Origin: a candidate division WOR-3 bacterium
GTDB lineage: Bacteria > SDB-A
DNA length: 64,000 nt
Direction of reading: 5' to 3'
Assembly (NCBI GenBank): GCA_016934535.1
Contig: JAFGSQ010000037.1
Coordinates: 1-64,000, forward strand
Part shown: positions 20,014 through 29,765 of the stretch, piece after piece
How positions within the stretch are numbered: position 1 is the stretch's first letter
How the letters are laid out: every line of letters begins with the position of its first letter
Translations under genes and position numbers: made by a program
The notes under the pieces: generated by a model
Database searches by the model: none
Told to the model about the DNA's origin: nothing
The model's input: only the letters and a program-made list of their open reading frames with translations

Positions 20014-20310
20014 TTAGATGTTGTTGAAACCCATTACGTTCTTTTCGGGTTCATCGGTTTTTATGATGCCGAACTTGTCCTCGAAATCTTTCACGCGTTC
20101 TTCGAGAAGTTTTATCAGTCTTTTTGCTGTCTGAGGGGGCATTATAATTCTGCTGTTGATCTTTGCTTTGTTTTTTCCCGGTACAAGCCTCGCAAAATCA
20201 ACTACAAATTCGGCAGGTGAAGACAAAATTATGACAAAATTGCTGTAAGTTCCGTCGGAGACCTCGTCGGGGAGTTCTATGGATATCTGCGCCGGAATTT
20301 GTTGTTTCAT
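20014..20310 (-). CDS. DUF3467 family protein
   Basis: GTYSNFVII..AEFVVDF..SRIIMPPQTAKRL..FEDKFG; SD GGAGG before ATG 20310. Confidence 0.85.
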   Translation of the reverse strand: MKQQIPAQISIELPDEVSDGTYSNFVIILSSPAEFVVDFARLVPGKNKAKINSRIIMPPQTAKRLIKLLEERVKDFEDKFGIIKTDEPEKNVMGFNNI

Positions 20311-20369
20311 CAATCCTCCGTTTTTATGAAAATTTGCATACAATCATTGATTATACTTTAAATTTTCAA

Positions 20370-20415
20370 GCCGTGGCAAGATAATAACTTGCCATGGCAA
20401 GATAATGACTTGACA
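20370..20415. repeat. Two tandem 21-bp direct repeats with nested palindromes (putative operator)
   Basis: GCCGTGGCAAGATAATAACTT (20370-20390) and GCCATGGCAAGATAATGACTT (20391-20411), 19/21 identical; perfect palindrome CTTGCCATGGCAAG at 20388-20401. Confidence 0.85.
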
Positions 20416-20438
20416 GAAATCTGTTCAATATTTAATAT
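20410..20438 (+). promoter_or_regulatory. Sigma70 promoter, leaderless geometry
   Basis: TTGACA-17-TAATAT-6 nt-ATG(20445); no SD. Confidence 0.7.
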
Positions 20439-20444
20439 CTCAAG

Positions 20445-21104
20445 ATGGAAGATTTCTACGAAATCCTCGGAGTGACGTTTAATGCCACAGACTCTGAAAT
20501 AAGAGAAAGATACATAGCCCTTGCCAAACAGCATCACCCGGATCACATTGAAGATAAAACGGGTCTTTCGTGGAGGAAAGCAAACGACAGATTCGCTGAG
20601 ATAACAAGAGCATACAAAACCCTGATAGACAGAGACAGAAGGAACGAATATGACAGAAAACTTTCCGGAGAGGTCGACAAAAGCCTCGTCGTTCAGGCGA
20701 AAAACCTTTTTGCCCAAGCCAGAGCGGCTGTTAAAGCGAAAAATTGGTCCAGGGCCGAGATACTGATCGATGCCGCCATTAAAGTGCACAAAAAAACGGA
20801 GTATCTTGTTTATCTTTCGATGATTAGAGTATCAACGGGCCGGGAAGTAGCGAAGAACATTGAATCAATCCAGAGATCGCTCAAGGACAGAATTTTCGAA
20901 GGATTTTTTCACGCCGTATACGCCTGGGCTCTTTACGGAATGAGAAGATTCGACGAGGCCCGTTTTTCCCTCAACGAAGCTTTCAAATGGGATCCCGAAT
21001 GCATCGAGGCCATTGATCTGAAAGAAGTTCTTGAAGGAGATTTCCCCGAAACGGCAAAGAAGGGTGTTTTCAAAAAAGTCAGGAATATTTTCAAAAAAGA
21101 GTGA
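20445..21104 (+). CDS. J-domain (DnaJ class C) protein with TPR-like C-terminus
   Basis: DFYEILGV...HHPD...AYKTLID..R..YD, followed by helical repeats. Confidence 0.88.
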   Translation: MEDFYEILGVTFNATDSEIRERYIALAKQHHPDHIEDKTGLSWRKANDRFAEITRAYKTLIDRDRRNEYDRKLSGEVDKSLVVQAKNLFAQARAAVKAKNWSRAEILIDAAIKVHKKTEYLVYLSMIRVSTGREVAKNIESIQRSLKDRIFEGFFHAVYAWALYGMRRFDEARFSLNEAFKWDPECIEAIDLKEVLEGDFPETAKKGVFKKVRNIFKKE

Positions 21105-23388
21105 TTTTTTAAGAGAGAATATAGCTTTTTGGCTTTTTCTCTGCGCCTGTCTCGGAACATATTTTGCCGGTTGTCTTTTTCCGCTTAATATTGCGATAGT
21201 GTGTTCTGTCTTGTTATTGTCCACTGGTATTTTACTGGCGATAAAAAACAATACGGTCCTGTCCAGGTGGTTGTTTATGTCGGCTGCGGTCTTTCTGTAT
21301 GTAATCTGGGGTTACCTGAAAATACCAGGACCCGGCTCCGAATACATCTACCAAGAGAGAATGGACTGTGAGATAACCGGCAGTGTCAAGCCGGTGACTA
21401 GAAAAAGCAGGCGCATTTCGATAACTCGTCTGAACGGCAGACCAGCCAGGTTCGACGCCTGTATTTTGACCTATCAGCCTCTCGAAGACGGCCAGAATGT
21501 CTGGGCTTTCGGGCATTTTGGCACTTTGCCTTTTTCGACGAATCCGCATCAATTTGACTACGGCAGATTTCTTCTCGAAAATTCGATGAGCGTCGTTTTT
21601 TATTGCGACAGTTTCATTGTCACCGGAAACAGCCGCTGCCTGTCCGATTTGACGAGAAACAAAATAAGGCGTCTAATACTCGAAGAATTTTCCGACGACA
21701 GCGCTTTGGCTTCTTTCGCTTTAGCTGTTTCGATAGGTGACAGGCTGTTCATAGATGAAGAAACCAGGGAAGATTTTCTTAAAAGCGGCATTTCACACAT
21801 ATTGGCCATTAGCGGACTTCACGTCGGTATAATTCTGTTCATAATTCTCATGGCGGCTTCTGCCGTCGGCGTCCCGAAAAAAGCTTCATACCTCGTCTCC
21901 ATAATTTTGATTTTTCTCTATCTCTCTCTGACCGGAGGTCACCCGTCTGTATGGAGGGCGACAGTTGGTTCTTCGGTTTTTTTAGCCTGCCTCATCTTCG
22001 AGAGAGAAAGAAATCCGTATCAGATGCTCGGTATTGCGGGCACAGTGATTTTGACGAGAAATCCTCTTTCTCTTTGGAACGCGGGATTTCTGATGTCTTT
22101 CGGCAGCGTTCTCGGCTTGGTGTCTTTTATGCCTCCTGTTTCCGGTCTGATCAAACAAAAACAATTCAGCGCTCCTGTTACATATATGTTGCTCGGATTC
22201 GCTGTTGTCACAATTGTCAATATATGCCTTTTGCCCGTCATTTCCGTAACTTACGGCAGAGTTTTCCTTTTCTCTACTATGGCTAATCTCTTCGTCATTC
22301 CGATTTTGTACATTTTCATTCTCTCTCTCGGACTTTTTATTTTTTTTCCTTATTTCCCTGTTTTTTCGGGAGCCGTCTGGGCTGCCGGAAAGTCAATATT
22401 GCTCATTGCCGACGCTGTTTCAGTGTATTGTCCCAATGTTAGTCTGTCTCCATTTCAACCTTACGAAACTGTTTTGTTTGTTTTTTGCCTTATTCTTCTT
22501 AAACTCGCCTTCAAGAAAAGAAAACTTCTCGGCTGCTTTTTCGCATTCGCTTCAGTTTTTCTGGCCGTTTTTTTCGGAAGGAGGATTTTATTTGAAAAAA
22601 GTTACATACTTTTTTTCGACGTGGGTCAGGGAAACTCGTGTTTGGTCCATTCAAATGAAGGTCACAACTTCGTTATAGACGCCGGAAGAAACGAGCATTG
22701 CGCTCAAATTATTGTAAATTACATTGATCTTGAACATTCAGGATCTGTCGACGCAGTCTTCGCAACTCATCAGGATAAAGATCATGTCGGGGGAATGAAA
22801 AGCGTCATTTCCCGACTCGAAACCGAAGTCGTGTTTTTCAACGGTGTGCTGAAAGTAGAAGACTTTCTTTCCGATTACATGGTCTCAGCGGGCGATAGAC
22901 TGAAAGAGCTATCTTCTGATGACACTTTGATTTTCGGTGAGATTTTCGTCGCCGTGCACTCTCCTGAAAAAGAAGGTAAAGCAGAATTTTCGGGAGATCA
23001 GAACGGATTTTCACTTTTTATGACCGCCGCCTCGGGGAATTGCCTCATTTTATTGCCCGGAGACAGAACACTTTTCTGCCGGCCGGAATTTTTATCATAT
23101 GACAAGGTGGTTCTTCTCGCGTCGCATCACGGTGACGGCAGGGCTAATCCTCTGGATGTAATCGGTGAGATCTCTCCCGACATGACCGTTATAAGCGTTG
23201 GCAGAAACAATCCCTACGGGCATCCTTCAAAAGCGTTGATCGAATATCTTACGGCGTTGAAATCGACCGGTTTCAGAACCGACAAAGACGGAGCCGTTAA
23301 AATATTTCTTCCGGATTTGTCGGTCAAATGCTACAATAACAGAAGTTATCTTTGGCATTTTAGCCGGGAAGAAGTTCTCGGAAAATGA
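21031..23388 (+). CDS. comEC: ComEC/Rec2 DNA uptake protein (start uncertain)
   Basis: GISHILAISGLHVG competence domain, many TMs, MBL domain (FFDVGQG, THQDKDHVGG, SHHG, SVGRNNPYGHP). Confidence 0.9.
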   Translation: MKEISPKRQRRVFSKKSGIFSKKSDFLRENIAFWLFLCACLGTYFAGCLFPLNIAIVCSVLLLSTGILLAIKNNTVLSRWLFMSAAVFLYVIWGYLKIPGPGSEYIYQERMDCEITGSVKPVTRKSRRISITRLNGRPARFDACILTYQPLEDGQNVWAFGHFGTLPFSTNPHQFDYGRFLLENSMSVVFYCDSFIVTGNSRCLSDLTRNKIRRLILEEFSDDSALASFALAVSIGDRLFIDEETREDFLKSGISHILAISGLHVGIILFIILMAASAVGVPKKASYLVSIILIFLYLSLTGGHPSVWRATVGSSVFLACLIFERERNPYQMLGIAGTVILTRNPLSLWNAGFLMSFGSVLGLVSFMPPVSGLIKQKQFSAPVTYMLLGFAVVTIVNICLLPVISVTYGRVFLFSTMANLFVIPILYIFILSLGLFIFFPYFPVFSGAVWAAGKSILLIADAVSVYCPNVSLSPFQPYETVLFVFCLILLKLAFKKRKLLGCFFAFASVFLAVFFGRRILFEKSYILFFDVGQGNSCLVHSNEGHNFVIDAGRNEHCAQIIVNYIDLEHSGSVDAVFATHQDKDHVGGMKSVISRLETEVVFFNGVLKVEDFLSDYMVSAGDRLKELSSDDTLIFGEIFVAVHSPEKEGKAEFSGDQNGFSLFMTAASGNCLILLPGDRTLFCRPEFLSYDKVVLLASHHGDGRANPLDVIGEISPDMTVISVGRNNPYGHPSKALIEYLTALKSTGFRTDKDGAVKIFLPDLSVKCYNNRSYLWHFSREEVLGK

Positions 23389-23413
23389 AGTTATACTGGT
23401 GAAGGAGACAATA

Positions 23414-24733
23414 ATGAAAAAAATTCTTTTACTCGGGGCGGGACTTGTAGCAAAACCTTTGATTGATTATTTTTTGTCTTTTGAAGACATAAATTTAACT
23501 TTGGCCAGCAGAAGCGGCGACAAAGGTCTTTTGGCAGGAAGGCCGCGCGGAACCTCGCAGAAATGGAACATAGAAGACATCCCTGGTCTTCAGAAACTGA
23601 TTGATATGCACGATCTCGTGATAAGCCTTTTGCCGGCGGACTATCATCCTGTCGTCGCCGAATGCGCTCTGAAATCCTCAAAGCACATGATGACAACTTC
23701 ATACGTCAGTCCTAAAATGCGTTCTTTCGACGAAGAAGCCAAAAGCAAGAATCTTCTCTTTTTGAACGAATGCGGAGTTGACCCCGGAATGGATCACATG
23801 TCGGCGATGAAGATAATAGATACGGAAAAAGCAGCCGGAGGGAAAATCAAAACTTTTATTTCTTTTTGCGGAGGACTCCCTTCGCCGAGTTTTTGCGACA
23901 ATCCTCTCAATTACAAGTTTTCGTGGAGCCCGAGAGGCGTCCTCGTCGCCGCGACCAGCCCTGCCAGATATTTGAAGAACGGAAAAACGGTCGAGATTGA
24001 CGGGTCCGAACTTTTTCACTGCTGTGAATGCGTCGAGGTCGGTGACATAGGAATATTCGACGGATACCCCAACAGGGATTCTACTGTATACAAGGAAATA
24101 TACAGCTTGAACGATATTGAAACCCTTCTTAGAGGGACCCTCAGATATCCTGAGCACTGTGAGCTTTTCAGCAGAATGGTAAAACTGGGTCTTTTCTCAA
24201 AAGAGAAAATGGATTTTTCAAACAATCCGACGTATTCGGGAATGACGTCGAGACTGATCCCAGATTTTACGGGCGGAGACATCAGGAAATCTTTGGCCAA
24301 ATTCATAGAAACCGATGAAGACGGCGAAGTGATGAAAAAACTGGAGTGGCTCGGGTTGTTCGGAGACGAAGAACTTCCATATAAAAATGCCGCTCCGATA
24401 GATCTGATGACCGATCTCATGAAAAAAAAGATGGAGTTCAAGCCCGGCGAAGTTGACATGATAGTCATGAAGCACAGGTTCGAAATCCTGTGCAAGGACA
24501 GCAGATTGAAGGAAATAATATCTTATTTCGTCTATTACGGCACTCCGGACGGCGATTCGGCCATGTCGAAGTCGGTCAGTTTGCCCGTCGCCATAGCGGC
24601 CAAGCTGTTTTTGGACGGAAAAATAAAACTCACTGGCGTCAGAATACCAGTCGTTCCTGAACTATACCTCCCGATACTCGAAGAGCTCGAGAAACTCGGA
24701 ATGGTTTTCAAGGAAGAAGAAAGATTCCTTTAA
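23414..24733 (+). CDS. Saccharopine dehydrogenase (L-glutamate-forming type)
   Basis: LGAGLVA, NECGVDPGMDH, SFCGGLP, YKFSWSPRGVL, RGTLRYP; SD AAGGAG. Confidence 0.9.
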   Translation: MKKILLLGAGLVAKPLIDYFLSFEDINLTLASRSGDKGLLAGRPRGTSQKWNIEDIPGLQKLIDMHDLVISLLPADYHPVVAECALKSSKHMMTTSYVSPKMRSFDEEAKSKNLLFLNECGVDPGMDHMSAMKIIDTEKAAGGKIKTFISFCGGLPSPSFCDNPLNYKFSWSPRGVLVAATSPARYLKNGKTVEIDGSELFHCCECVEVGDIGIFDGYPNRDSTVYKEIYSLNDIETLLRGTLRYPEHCELFSRMVKLGLFSKEKMDFSNNPTYSGMTSRLIPDFTGGDIRKSLAKFIETDEDGEVMKKLEWLGLFGDEELPYKNAAPIDLMTDLMKKKMEFKPGEVDMIVMKHRFEILCKDSRLKEIISYFVYYGTPDGDSAMSKSVSLPVAIAAKLFLDGKIKLTGVRIPVVPELYLPILEELEKLGMVFKEEERFL

Positions 24734-24785
24734 GGCTTGAACCGGGGATTTTCTTTGTGTTATTTTTGGACTTGAACGGCTGATT

Positions 24786-25964
24786 TTGCCGGAGACTTAT
24801 TCAATAAAGGTATTCGGCTGTAAGGTAAACCAGTACAACGCCGAAATAATTGAAAGCTCTCTCTCATCGGCCGGTTATGTCAAAAAGAAAAATTTTCCCG
24901 ATTTTACAGTTGTTTTTTCCTGCAGTGTCACCGAAGAAGCGCGCAGGGAATGTATTTCCCAGATAAAAAAATCAAAAAAAGAATCGGGCAGGATTTACGT
25001 CAGCGGCTGTTTTAAAGGCGAAGCCCAACGAGGTGAAGAGATTCTGAATGAAATCGGCGTCGAAAAAGCGGATTACCCTCTTGTCAGGAAGAGATCGAGG
25101 CCTGTTGTCTCAGTTCAGGAGGGCTGCGTTTCCTTTTGTTCTTTTTGCGTCGTCAATCCGATGAGAGGGAGATCAGTTACGAGAAATCAGGCGAGTGTAA
25201 TACAGGAGATCTCGATGCTCGAAAGTTCGGGTTATCCTGAAGTTGTGATTGCCGGCATAAGTCTCGGCAAAACGGAAGGCGGATTCGGCAAGTTCCTTAA
25301 AAAACTTGTTTCGTCCACAGAATCAATAAGCTTCAGAATAGGCTCGCTCAATCCCCGCGATATCATAGACGACGCCGAATTCAATGAGATGTTGAACGAA
25401 AAACGCGTGTTGCCTCACCTTCATCTTTCCATGCAGAGCGGATCACCGGCAGTTTTGAAGGACATGATGAGAAAATACGAACCGCAAGAGGTTATAAAAT
25501 TTGTTTGTCATTTCAGGGACAAAAGAGAAAATCCGGGTGTAGGGGTGGACATCATTGCCGGATTTCCGACAGAATCCCCTGAAAGCCACGCCGAAACAAT
25601 GGATTTTCTTCAAAAACTGTCTCCCTCCTATGCTCATGTCTTTCCTTTTTCGGCGAGGAAAGGCACTCTTGCCAACCTTTGTCCCGACACTGTCGGATCG
25701 GAGGAGAGGACGAAAAGGGCTTTGGAAATCAGGAATATGGCTAAGAATCTCAGCAGAAAATTTCTCGAAAGCCTTGTCGGGACAACAAGACTTGCCGTCG
25801 TCGAAAGGAATAACGGCGGTTTATATACGGCGAGAACAGACAATTACGCCGTCGTCGAAATAATCTCCGATAAATATATGAAAAACTCTTCAAAAGTGAG
25901 AATTGTGATAGAATCCTTCGATCAGATAAAAAGAAAACTGAAAGGAAAGCCGTGTTCGGAGTGA
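24786..25964 (+). CDS. mtaB: tRNA methylthiotransferase, MtaB-like
   Basis: FGCKVNQY, CSVT, CVSFCSFC radical SAM motif, PHLHLSMQSGS, HVFPFSARKGT. Confidence 0.8.
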   Translation: MPETYSIKVFGCKVNQYNAEIIESSLSSAGYVKKKNFPDFTVVFSCSVTEEARRECISQIKKSKKESGRIYVSGCFKGEAQRGEEILNEIGVEKADYPLVRKRSRPVVSVQEGCVSFCSFCVVNPMRGRSVTRNQASVIQEISMLESSGYPEVVIAGISLGKTEGGFGKFLKKLVSSTESISFRIGSLNPRDIIDDAEFNEMLNEKRVLPHLHLSMQSGSPAVLKDMMRKYEPQEVIKFVCHFRDKRENPGVGVDIIAGFPTESPESHAETMDFLQKLSPSYAHVFPFSARKGTLANLCPDTVGSEERTKRALEIRNMAKNLSRKFLESLVGTTRLAVVERNNGGLYTARTDNYAVVEIISDKYMKNSSKVRIVIESFDQIKRKLKGKPCSE

Positions 25965-25999
25965 TGGAATCAAGATTCTTTCTGATATAATCTTCGTCT

Positions 26000-27220
26000 A
26001 TGAAATACTATATAAAGACATACGGCTGTCAGATGAATTTCTCTGAGTCGAGATACATGGCAGAAGAGCTCGGTTCGAGAGGGCTGTTGTGGACCGACAA
26101 CCTGAGCGAAGCGGACCTTATAATAGTCAACGCCTGCTCTGTTAGAAAGCACGCCGAAGACAGGGCGGTCGGATGGATAAGCTCGGTTTCGGGGAAAAAG
26201 GCAAAAATCCTCGCCGTGGGCTGTCTCGCCTCACACGTTCCGGAAAGGCTCAAAAGCGCCGGAGCCGACGAAGTCTCTGCAAAAATAGATTTTGAAAAAA
26301 TTGACCGGATTGAAAGAGGGGAAGGTATTTTTTCAAATGATCTTAAATTCGACCGGATCGAATACGAAATTCCTGTTGTCGTCGGTTGTGACAGATTTTG
26401 CACTTATTGTATAGTTCCTTATCTTCGAGGAAAAGTCGTGTCGAAAAATCCTGAAGAAATTTTTAGCGACGTCGAAAAATGTGTGTCAAAAGGAGGCGAG
26501 GTATTCAGTCTCCTCGGTCAGAATGTCAACAGATATGATTACAAAGGTTACAGGTTTTCTTCTCTTTTAAACGACGTGTCATATATTGCAGGTGTGAAGA
26601 AAGTGACTTTTATGACGTCTCATCCCGCCGACCTTTCAAAAAAAACAGTGGAGACTGTCGCCGGAAACGGAAAGATACTCAAGCATTTTCATCTGCCCTT
26701 CCAGACCGGTTCTGATAAACTTCTCAAACAGATGAAGAGAGGTTACGACGTAAAAAAATATACTGATGACATAAGTATGATAAAGGATATTTATCCTGAA
26801 ATGCGCCTGACAACTGACGTAATGGTCGGTTTACCCGGAGAATCGAAATGTGATTTTGAAGATACGCTCGATCTTGTAAGAAAAATAAGATTCGACGAAG
26901 CATACATGTACGCTTTTTCTCCGAGAAAAGGAACTCTCGACAACTTGATGCCCTGTCAAGCAGAGGAAGATGTCGGGAAAAAACGGCTGGCCGAACTTAT
27001 AGTTTTGCAAAACGGCATATCTCTGGAAAAAAAGAAAGAGAGACTGAACACCATGCAAAGAGCTATGATTACGTCAATATCGCGTTTCGGCGGATATTCT
27101 CTGGGAATACTTGCTGATTTTTCACCCGTTTTAATAGACGCCGAATTTGAAAGGGGCAGGGAGTTGGACGTAATGTTGAGCGGATTGAAAGGAGCGACGC
27201 TTTTTGGACGGCCTGTTTGA
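26000..27220 (+). CDS. miaB: tRNA ms2i6A37 methylthiotransferase, MiaB-like
   Basis: TYGCQMN, CSVRKHAE, CDRFCTYCIVPYLRG, LLGQNVN, TSHP, TRAM-like end. Confidence 0.85.
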   Translation: MKYYIKTYGCQMNFSESRYMAEELGSRGLLWTDNLSEADLIIVNACSVRKHAEDRAVGWISSVSGKKAKILAVGCLASHVPERLKSAGADEVSAKIDFEKIDRIERGEGIFSNDLKFDRIEYEIPVVVGCDRFCTYCIVPYLRGKVVSKNPEEIFSDVEKCVSKGGEVFSLLGQNVNRYDYKGYRFSSLLNDVSYIAGVKKVTFMTSHPADLSKKTVETVAGNGKILKHFHLPFQTGSDKLLKQMKRGYDVKKYTDDISMIKDIYPEMRLTTDVMVGLPGESKCDFEDTLDLVRKIRFDEAYMYAFSPRKGTLDNLMPCQAEEDVGKKRLAELIVLQNGISLEKKKERLNTMQRAMITSISRFGGYSLGILADFSPVLIDAEFERGRELDVMLSGLKGATLFGRPV

Positions 27221-29765
27221 GGATGCTCTTTCCGTACCGCAGACACCTTTTCTGAAGCAGTATTTCAGGGAAAAAAGCAAATTTCCCGACGCCATCCTTT
27301 TTTTCCGGATGGGCGATTTTTATGAGACGTTCTTCGACGACGCCAAAACGGTTTCGGAACTCACCGGAATAGCCCTGACTTCGAAACCGGCGGGTAAAAA
27401 CACGAGAGTCCCTCTTGCAGGGGTTCCGGTCAAGGCAGTTGACAATTATATCAACAGTATTATAGGAAAAGGATACAAGGTCGCTGTGTGCGAGCAACTC
27501 GAGCCGCCCGGAAAAAAACTGATAAAGAGGGAGATAGTCAATCTGATAACACCGGGAACGGCGGTCGAGCCGTCTTTGGTCAGCCCTGAAAAAGATCTGT
27601 ACGTATGCTGTATCATACCGGGGAAAAAAACCACGGGATTCGCTTTCGCCGAAGCTTTGAGCGGTGAGTTCAAAACCGGGGAAATACAGACTGAAAATCT
27701 CGAAGAAGAACTTCAGAGAATTTCCCCCAAAGAAATACTTCTGCCCGAAGGAATTGAGTTCGAAGCAAAAGACTGGTTTATATCGCGTCTTGACGACACA
27801 TATTTCAGTCCTGCCGTGTCATCCAAACTTAAAAAAAAGCTCGGAACCGCAACTTTTTTGGGTTTTGGAATAGAGGACGGCTCCCTACCGGCTCTTGCGG
27901 CCTCCGCGCTTTTTGAATATTTGTCGAGGACGACAAACAGCGGAATGGACCATATGAATAAGCTTCAGAAGCACGATTTTTCAAAATCCATGACCTTCGA
28001 CAGAACTACGGCAAAAAATCTCGAAATAATCGAATCTTCTTCTGGCGATAAAAACGATTCTCTGTTCGGAGTACTCGACTACACCGAGCTTTCCTGCGGA
28101 AAAAGACTTTTAAAAAAATGGCTGTCCGAGCCTCTTACTGAAGCGGAAAATATTGAAGAAAGACTGGACGCCGTGCAGGAATTGAAAGAAAAAAGCGGGA
28201 TCCGAGACGAGTTGACTTTTCTTTTTAAGGATCTGCACGACCCGGTCAGGCTGTCAGGCAGGCTGGGGACGGGCAGAGCAACCGTTTACGAACTCACAAA
28301 ATTAAAAAGCGTATTGAAGTGCATTCCTGAAATAAAGAAAACGGTTGGTGCGCTTACATCAAAAATTCTCAGAGACATATCTGAAAAACTGGATCCCCAA
28401 AGCGATGTATATGAAGTGTTGAAAAATTCTTTGGCTGAGATCGCTGAAGAAAGCGTCAAAAGAGGATTCAGAGAAGAGCTTGACCTTTTGAGGGATGACG
28501 TCAAAGATGCTTTGTCCAAGATCACTTCACTCGAGAAGGAACAGAAAAAAATCACGGGAATTTCATCCCTGAAGATAAAGTATAACGCCGTAATAGGTTA
28601 TTACTACGAGATCACGAAACCGAATCTGGACCTTGTGCCGTCGGAATTCCGCAGAAAACAATGGCTTTCCAACGCAGAGCGATTCAGCGACAGAGAACTG
28701 GAAGAACTTGAAGAAAGAATTTTAAGCGGACAGCAGAAAATAAAAATCATGGAAGAAAATATAATAGACGAAATAAGGACTCTGTGCTGCTTAGCGTCGA
28801 AAACGACAAGAGAAAACGGCGAACTGATTTCATGTCTCGATGTTCTGATGTCTTTCTCTAAAGCCGCAGAAAATCAAGGATACGTAAGACCGAAACTCGC
28901 CGATAGCAATGTTTTACACGCATTGGAATCCAGGCATCCCGTCGTTGAGAAAAAGACGGGAAACGATTCTTTCGTTCCAAACGACATTTTTCTCGACGGT
29001 GAAAACGGCCCTTCTCTTGCCATAATAACAGGCCCTAACATGTCGGGTAAATCAACTTACATGAGGCAGGCGGCTCAAATCGCAATAATGGCCCAGGCGG
29101 GTTCGTTCGTTCCGGCAAAATATGCAGAGATCGGGTTGACGGACAGAATATTTTCGAGAATTGGAGCCAGTGACGACATTTCAAAGGGAATAAGCACATT
29201 CATGGCCGAAATGATTGAAACAGCCAACATTACAAACAACGTCACACCGCGCAGCCTCGTCATCCTCGACGAGATCGGAAGAGGGACAAGCACATACGAC
29301 GGCATTTCAATAGCGTGGTCAGTCGCCGAATATCTTGTCTCGCGTATAGGATGCAGAACTTTGTTCGCGACTCATTATCATGAATTGACGGGACTTTCCG
29401 AAAAATATGATTTTGTCGAGAATCTTAATATTTCGGTTCAGAGATCGGGTGAAAAAATACTGTTTCGGAGAAAAGTGGAAAAAGGATCGAGCAGTCACAG
29501 TTACGGAATTGAAGTTGCGAGAATTGCAGGACTGCCCGTCGAGATTATTAAAAAGGCAAGGGAAATACTGAAAATACTTGAAAAAAGCGAAACCATCATT
29601 CATGATTCAGCGGCAGAATCATCTGAAATAATCGAAACTGACGGTTTGGAAAATGTAATAGTCGAATACTTGAAAAAAATTGACCCTGAGAATATTACGC
29701 CGAAAGAGGCGCTCGACGTCCTGTTCAGGTTAAAAAAAATAGAAAGGGAGGGAAAAATTGTTTGA
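27204..29765 (+). CDS. mutS: DNA mismatch repair protein MutS
   Basis: FFRMGDFYE, TGPNMSGKST, STFMAEM, DEIGRGTST, ATHYHEL. Confidence 0.97.
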   Translation: MDGLFEDALSVPQTPFLKQYFREKSKFPDAILFFRMGDFYETFFDDAKTVSELTGIALTSKPAGKNTRVPLAGVPVKAVDNYINSIIGKGYKVAVCEQLEPPGKKLIKREIVNLITPGTAVEPSLVSPEKDLYVCCIIPGKKTTGFAFAEALSGEFKTGEIQTENLEEELQRISPKEILLPEGIEFEAKDWFISRLDDTYFSPAVSSKLKKKLGTATFLGFGIEDGSLPALAASALFEYLSRTTNSGMDHMNKLQKHDFSKSMTFDRTTAKNLEIIESSSGDKNDSLFGVLDYTELSCGKRLLKKWLSEPLTEAENIEERLDAVQELKEKSGIRDELTFLFKDLHDPVRLSGRLGTGRATVYELTKLKSVLKCIPEIKKTVGALTSKILRDISEKLDPQSDVYEVLKNSLAEIAEESVKRGFREELDLLRDDVKDALSKITSLEKEQKKITGISSLKIKYNAVIGYYYEITKPNLDLVPSEFRRKQWLSNAERFSDRELEELEERILSGQQKIKIMEENIIDEIRTLCCLASKTTRENGELISCLDVLMSFSKAAENQGYVRPKLADSNVLHALESRHPVVEKKTGNDSFVPNDIFLDGENGPSLAIITGPNMSGKSTYMRQAAQIAIMAQAGSFVPAKYAEIGLTDRIFSRIGASDDISKGISTFMAEMIETANITNNVTPRSLVILDEIGRGTSTYDGISIAWSVAEYLVSRIGCRTLFATHYHELTGLSEKYDFVENLNISVQRSGEKILFRRKVEKGSSSHSYGIEVARIAGLPVEIIKKAREILKILEKSETIIHDSAAESSEIIETDGLENVIVEYLKKIDPENITPKEALDVLFRLKKIEREGKIV

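Noticed and set aside
20370..20411. Direct repeats as a mini-CRISPR
   Set aside because: Repeats are contiguous with no spacers, only two copies, and no cas genes
20358..20789. 143-aa minus ORF ending in repeated LSCHGK
   Set aside because: Antisense to the J-domain gene; the peptide repeat is just the translation of the DNA repeat
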